A stretch of 45,477 nt of DNA. Source: a virus. The position numbers and the translations under genes were made by a program. Each line of letters opens with the position of its first letter. The first letter of the stretch is position 1. This document shows positions 42,080-45,477 of this stretch, piece by piece. Where the stretch lies: the IMG/VR virus record IMGVR_UViG_3300045988_117871. One strand, given 5' to 3'. Below the pieces are notes generated by a model. That model had not been told where the DNA came from and made no database searches. It saw only the letters and a list, made by a program, of their open reading frames with translations.

Positions 42080-42571
42080 GTGACTATCTCAACGCTTGTT
42101 ATAACTATAATAGTTTCTCTTGTATCGGGTCTTGCAGGAACATTTTATTTAGAAATCAGTCGAAAAAAATCTCAAAAACAGAAACTTTCAAACTGCTTAA
42201 TATTGCTATATACAGAGATTAGCAACCATTCTTTTTGGCTTAAAAAACGCTATTCTAGTAATGAAGCATTCATTTCATGTTCAAAGCTTTTAAGAGACGC
42301 TCCAATAAATGAATGGAATAACGTAAAATATTTTTTAGCAGAAACGCTTAACTCCGAAGATCTAAAAGCCATCGTCCATCATTACAGACATATTGAAGGA
42401 TTAAAAAAGATTTTAGCTGAAGATCCAAATTATTTATATTCAAAATCCCGCCTCAATCTTTTCGTAAAAGATGCTGACCATGTCTTAACAGTTCTTATGA
42501 AAGACCATGCTGTGAAAGAATTTGTTCAATCCACCATAGAAAAAGAATCCAAAGAACAAAATTCAAACTAA
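42080..42571 (+). CDS. N-terminally anchored membrane protein (lysogen-expressed moron; exclusion/Abi candidate)
   Basis: 163 aa, GTG start with a strong SD. TM segment ISTLVITIIVSLVSGLAGTFYL. Opposite strand to the surrounding early genes. Confidence 0.75.
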   Translation: MTISTLVITIIVSLVSGLAGTFYLEISRKKSQKQKLSNCLILLYTEISNHSFWLKKRYSSNEAFISCSKLLRDAPINEWNNVKYFLAETLNSEDLKAIVHHYRHIEGLKKILAEDPNYLYSKSRLNLFVKDADHVLTVLMKDHAVKEFVQSTIEKESKEQNSN

Positions 42572-42782
42572 GCATAAGGAATAATCCACGAAGTGAAGGC
42601 GTACCCAATACAGCAAACTTTTCTGAAAGGTTTTCCAGTGCAATAATCATTCTGGCCGATGTATAAATTCTTTCTTGATTATCTTCTTCCAACTGCCTGC
42701 GTATTTCAGTTGCATGATATTTCCTAATTGCTTCTATAACAAACTTCTTTGTTGCTGGTTCGCCTTTTTTGTTTTTGCTCAT
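42495..42782 (-). CDS. Hypothetical early protein
   Basis: 95-aa ORF. Its 3' 77 nt overlap the convergent 42080..42571 gene. A mini-ORF (ATGAAATGA) abuts the start. Confidence 0.55.
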   Translation of the reverse strand: MSKNKKGEPATKKFVIEAIRKYHATEIRRQLEEDNQERIYTSARMIIALENLSEKFAVLGTPSLRGLFLMLSLNFVLWILFLWWIEQILSQHGLS

Positions 42783-42834
42783 TTCATTTTTACGCTCCTT
42801 TCATATCCTTTCAATTTCATTAAGCCCCAATAAC

Positions 42835-43020
42835 TTAAATACTACCTATGTATTTATTGTCCGTAGTATAGAATTTATATATTGCTGTATACGGATCTTC
42901 TTGCGTACCCTTACCTGTCAAACACTCAACTCTTATGACTGTTGCTAATTCAGCACCATCAATTCTACAAATTTCACAATTCGCCACACATACTGATTGT
43001 GTGGCATTTTCTTTTTCCAT
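42835..43020 (-). CDS. Hypothetical early protein
   Basis: 61 aa with SD GGAGGT. Confidence 0.6.
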   Translation of the reverse strand: MEKENATQSVCVANCEICRIDGAELATVIRVECLTGKGTQEDPYTAIYKFYTTDNKYIGSI

Positions 43021-43069
43021 TACTTATACCTCCTTGTTAAGCTCCTTTTTCACCGCTGTTTGTTTAGGT

Positions 43070-43276
43070 TTATGAACATTTTGTACATTTGCGTGGCAAA
43101 AAAATATCATCAACTGTGCTTTTTAAAACTTTTGCTATTTTAAAAGCGACATCTATTGAGGGTTTTCGAGCCCCACTTTCAAGAAATGCAATATACCTAA
43201 CGGTAACGCCCACTTTACAAGCGAGTAATTCCTGGCTAATATTATTCTTCATTCTAATTTCTTTTAATTTGTTCAT
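43070..43276 (-). CDS. cro: Cro-like XRE-family HTH regulator
   Basis: ISQELLACKVGVTVRYIAFLESGARKPS HTH. Divergent from the repressor gene. Confidence 0.8.
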   Translation of the reverse strand: MNKLKEIRMKNNISQELLACKVGVTVRYIAFLESGARKPSIDVAFKIAKVLKSTVDDIFLPRKCTKCS

Positions 43277-43298
43277 TGTACCCCTCCTTTCTCTGTGT

Positions 43299-43321
43299 AC
43301 ATATTGTACTGTACAATATGT
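43299..43321. promoter_or_regulatory. Operator: perfect 11+1+11 palindrome ACATATTGTAC-T-GTACAATATGT
   Basis: Lies between the divergent cro-like and repressor genes. Further TGTAC/GTACA half-sites nearby. Confidence 0.7.
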
Positions 43322-43393
43322 GGAATGTCAATAGCTTTTTTTATATTTTTATTGTATAATGAACACACAGTACACAAAAGGGAGGTGAGCTTG

Positions 43394-43780
43394 ATGTTAG
43401 GTCAACGAATAAAACAATTAAGACAAGAGCATGATATAACACAAAAAGAGTTGGCAGACTTCTTGGGAGTAACACCAAAAGCAGTATCCTTTTATGAACT
43501 CGGTCAGCGTATGCCGTCCAACGAAATGATTTTGAAATTAGCTCAAAAGTTTTGTGTAAGTACCGACTATTTACTTGGTAACAAAGAAAATATTACTGCC
43601 GTTGAACGGGAAGGCTATTACACAAATCCCGAAGCTGCAAAAATGGCGCAAGAAATATATGATAATCCCGACATGAAAATATTATTTGATGCGGCCAAAA
43701 ATGTATCTCCGGAAGATTTAAAATTTGTAGCCGATATGGTTAGCAGAATGAGAAAAAAGGAACGTAATGAAGATGATTGA
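43394..43780 (+). CDS. CI-like XRE-family repressor
   Basis: ATG at 43394 after AAAGGGAGGTGA. ITQKELADFLGVTPKAVSFYELGQRMPS HTH. The track's longer ORF would cover the operator region. Confidence 0.85.
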   Translation: MLGQRIKQLRQEHDITQKELADFLGVTPKAVSFYELGQRMPSNEMILKLAQKFCVSTDYLLGNKENITAVEREGYYTNPEAAKMAQEIYDNPDMKILFDAAKNVSPEDLKFVADMVSRMRKKERNEDD

Positions 43781-43985
43781 ACGAACCATATTATTTGATC
43801 TTCCTCTAACAATAAAAGGTTTTTGTTTTTGTACTCCTGAAGGTGAAAAAATTTGTGTCCTTAACTCTAGGTTTACTTTTGAAACAAATAAAAAAACACT
43901 CCTACATGAGCAGGAGCATATTATAAATAATGACTTTGATAACTATTGTTTTGTTGACGAACTTGAAGCTCAACGTCATAAATGA
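43767..43985 (+). CDS. Minimal ImmA/IrrE-like zinc metallopeptidase (72 aa)
   Basis: ICVLNSRFTFETNKKTLLHEQEHIINND with HExxH. 14-nt overlap with the repressor gene. Confidence 0.6.
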   Translation: MKMIERTILFDLPLTIKGFCFCTPEGEKICVLNSRFTFETNKKTLLHEQEHIINNDFDNYCFVDELEAQRHK

Positions 43986-44021
43986 ATTTAATAAAAACTA
44001 TAAGTATAGAGGCACTAAATT

Positions 44022-44240
44022 ATGGATAATAAATTTAAAATTAACACTATTAATCTTACTAACATTTTGTTATTAATTATCATATGTATGCTTTGTTTCC
44101 AAGCGTATCAAATAAATTTAATATCACAAGAAATTGATAGCCTTTGGCTTATTCAATCTGGTATAGATGATGTATCTGACGACTTGCGCTACATTCAACG
44201 TGAGCTGTCTGATATACAGTCTTACCTTATAAGTTTGTAA
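44022..44240 (+). CDS. Small single-TM protein
   Basis: 72 aa. TM segment ILLLIIICMLCF, then a helical acidic domain. Confidence 0.6.
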   Translation: MDNKFKINTINLTNILLLIIICMLCFQAYQINLISQEIDSLWLIQSGIDDVSDDLRYIQRELSDIQSYLISL

Positions 44241-44279
44241 AAACATCCCTAAAAATATAATAAAAAAGGACGTGAAGCA

Positions 44280-45392
44280 ATGTACGGCGACGGAACAATA
44301 TGGTACGACAAAGCACGAAAAAAATATTGTTACGACTATTATGACAACGACGGTAAACGTCACCGTAAACGCTTTGCCACCGAAAAAGAAGCCAAAGAAT
44401 TTAAGAAAGAAATACGGGCAGAACGTGATAAAGGAAATCTTACATCCTCTTCTATTACCATTGGAGAATGGGTAATAGAATTTTTAGAAACATATCAAAA
44501 ACCACACCTGCGCAGCAGCAGTTTTGCAAGGCAAAAACAAAGTGCTAATAAGCTTGCTCCTATTGCACATATACCCATTGACCAGCTCAGCGGCAAAGAA
44601 ATACAAAAGCTGTATAATAGCTATGACGGTGTTTTAAGTACCTCTTCAATAAGTAAGATACATAAGTTACTTTTCGCCGCTTACAAGAAAGCTGTGGCTC
44701 TGAGGATGGTACAATATAATCCAATGCAAGCTGTTGAACCGGTGAAAATCAAATATAAAGAAATGTCAGTATTTTCTTTTAGTGAATTAATTCGCATCTT
44801 CCGTGTACTACGTACCAATAAATACTATAAAAAATACTACACATTATTTTATTTGCTCCTAGTACTTGGCTGCAGGATAGGTGAACTTCTTGCGATAAAA
44901 TGGGAAGATATCGATTTTGATAAAAGAGAAATCTGTATACAACGCGCAAAAGACAGCGGTACTGGTCAAGTATTCCATGAGCCTAAAACAAAAGCCGGTA
45001 TACGTTACATCCCGATCGTCTATGATGCCTGTATAGAAAGACTAAAAGCTATGCAGACAAGCGGTAAAATCACTTATATAAACGGCTTCGTATTTTGTAC
45101 TGAAAGCGGTAAAGCCCTTAACTATGGAAATATTCGACGTGCTTGGTTAAAGATATGCGAATTGGCCGGAGTAAATAAAAATATCCATACATTCAGGCAT
45201 ACATTTGCTACAGCAGCACTCACTAAAGATATACCTATCTTAGAAGTATCAAGGTGTCTTGGACACGCTGACGCAAACACAACACTTAAAATGTACGGAC
45301 ATGCAATGCCAGGATTTAACAGACATATAATAGACATTTTTCAGAAGAAAAAATCAAAGAGTGCGACCAAAACTGCGACCATAAATCAATAA
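44280..45392 (+). CDS. int: Tyrosine recombinase (phage integrase)
   Basis: 370 aa. Catalytic-domain pattern ...GCRIGELLAIKWEDID..., HTFRHTFAT..., LGHADANTTLKMYGH. Confidence 0.92.
   Translation: MYGDGTIWYDKARKKYCYDYYDNDGKRHRKRFATEKEAKEFKKEIRAERDKGNLTSSSITIGEWVIEFLETYQKPHLRSSSFARQKQSANKLAPIAHIPIDQLSGKEIQKLYNSYDGVLSTSSISKIHKLLFAAYKKAVALRMVQYNPMQAVEPVKIKYKEMSVFSFSELIRIFRVLRTNKYYKKYYTLFYLLLVLGCRIGELLAIKWEDIDFDKREICIQRAKDSGTGQVFHEPKTKAGIRYIPIVYDACIERLKAMQTSGKITYINGFVFCTESGKALNYGNIRRAWLKICELAGVNKNIHTFRHTFATAALTKDIPILEVSRCLGHADANTTLKMYGHAMPGFNRHIIDIFQKKKSKSATKTATINQ
45360..45381. promoter_or_regulatory. Candidate integrase arm-type sites (P arm), exact copy of 161-182
   Basis: AGTGCGACCAAAACTGCGACCA lies within the last codons of int. 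Confidence 0.5.
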
Positions 45393-45430
45393 AGCAAGTT
45401 ATATCAATGGTTTTCAGACTTGTAACAAGC

Positions 45431-45477
45431 CCTCCGGAGCCGTGTGCGGTGGTTCGATTCCACTCGGGCGTACCAAT
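45431..45477 (+). repeat. attR core (partial tRNA 3' end copy)
   Basis: Identical to 1-47. The upstream sequence is AT-rich and not tRNA-like. Confidence 0.9.

Larger units (their letters stand above)
1..45477. mobile_element. Integrated temperate phage (podovirus-type virion module) inserted in the 3' end of a tRNA gene
   Basis: att repeats, integrase, repressor/Cro switch, replication, packaging, head, tail and lysis modules fill the interval. Confidence 0.9.

Noticed and set aside
43295-43393. N-terminal extension of the repressor ORF (MYILYCTICGMS...).
   Set aside because: It would place coding sequence over the operator palindrome and promoter region. The ATG at 43394 has the SD AAAGGGAGGTGA.
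45393-45477. The right-hand att copy as a complete tRNA gene.
   Set aside because: Sequence upstream of 45431 is AT-rich. It has no acceptor 5' strand (ACGCCCG would be required), D-arm or anticodon arm. Only the 47-bp 3' fragment is duplicated.

Overview
The whole window is one integrated temperate phage of about 45.4 kb. It is bounded by a perfect 47-bp direct repeat (1-47 and 45431-45477) that corresponds to the 3' end of a tRNA gene (T-arm, acceptor strand, CCA).

Right end, plus strand: a tyrosine integrase, a small membrane protein, and an XRE-type repressor with a 72-aa ImmA-like metalloprotease. A divergent Cro-like gene sits across a 23-bp palindromic operator.

Almost everything else is on the minus strand, in this order from right to left:
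- An early, replication and recombination module: Xis-like HTH, ERF annealase, NinB-like protein plus HNH, a replisome organiser with internal iterons, a hexapeptide-repeat protein, a 632-aa C5 cytosine methyltransferase, a DUF1064-like nuclease and a Lar-like protein.
- A RinA-family late regulator.
- terS, terL, portal, scaffold, major capsid and decoration protein.
- T7/BPP-1-style tail tubular proteins A and B.
- Three internal/ejection proteins, including a 2382-aa polyvalent giant.
- An AT-rich moron island.
- Tail fibres.
- An XhlA-like/holin/amidase lysis cassette.
- A terminator-insulated five-gene cargo operon of Cys/Gly-rich proteins next to attL.

GGAGG-type Shine-Dalgarno (SD) sites and the lysis genes suggest a Firmicutes host, possibly a diderm Negativicute. 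This cannot be proven from the window.

Main second-look items:
1. A type I toxin-antitoxin-like cassette hidden in a 335-bp gap inside the virion operon. It encodes a 25-aa TxpA/BsrG-like peptide and has convergent near-consensus promoters.
2. A three-copy bipartite motif, plus matching UUCG-loop terminators, at the heads of both late units. This suggests antitermination-type late control.
3. Two near-full-length overlapping ORFs in the lysis cassette.
4. A 131-codon ORF with its own SD embedded out of frame in the methyltransferase catalytic core.
5. The unassigned cargo operon and the moron island.
6. A PARP-like H-Y-E motif in the giant ejection protein.

All family names are from sequence reading and memory. 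No searches were run.
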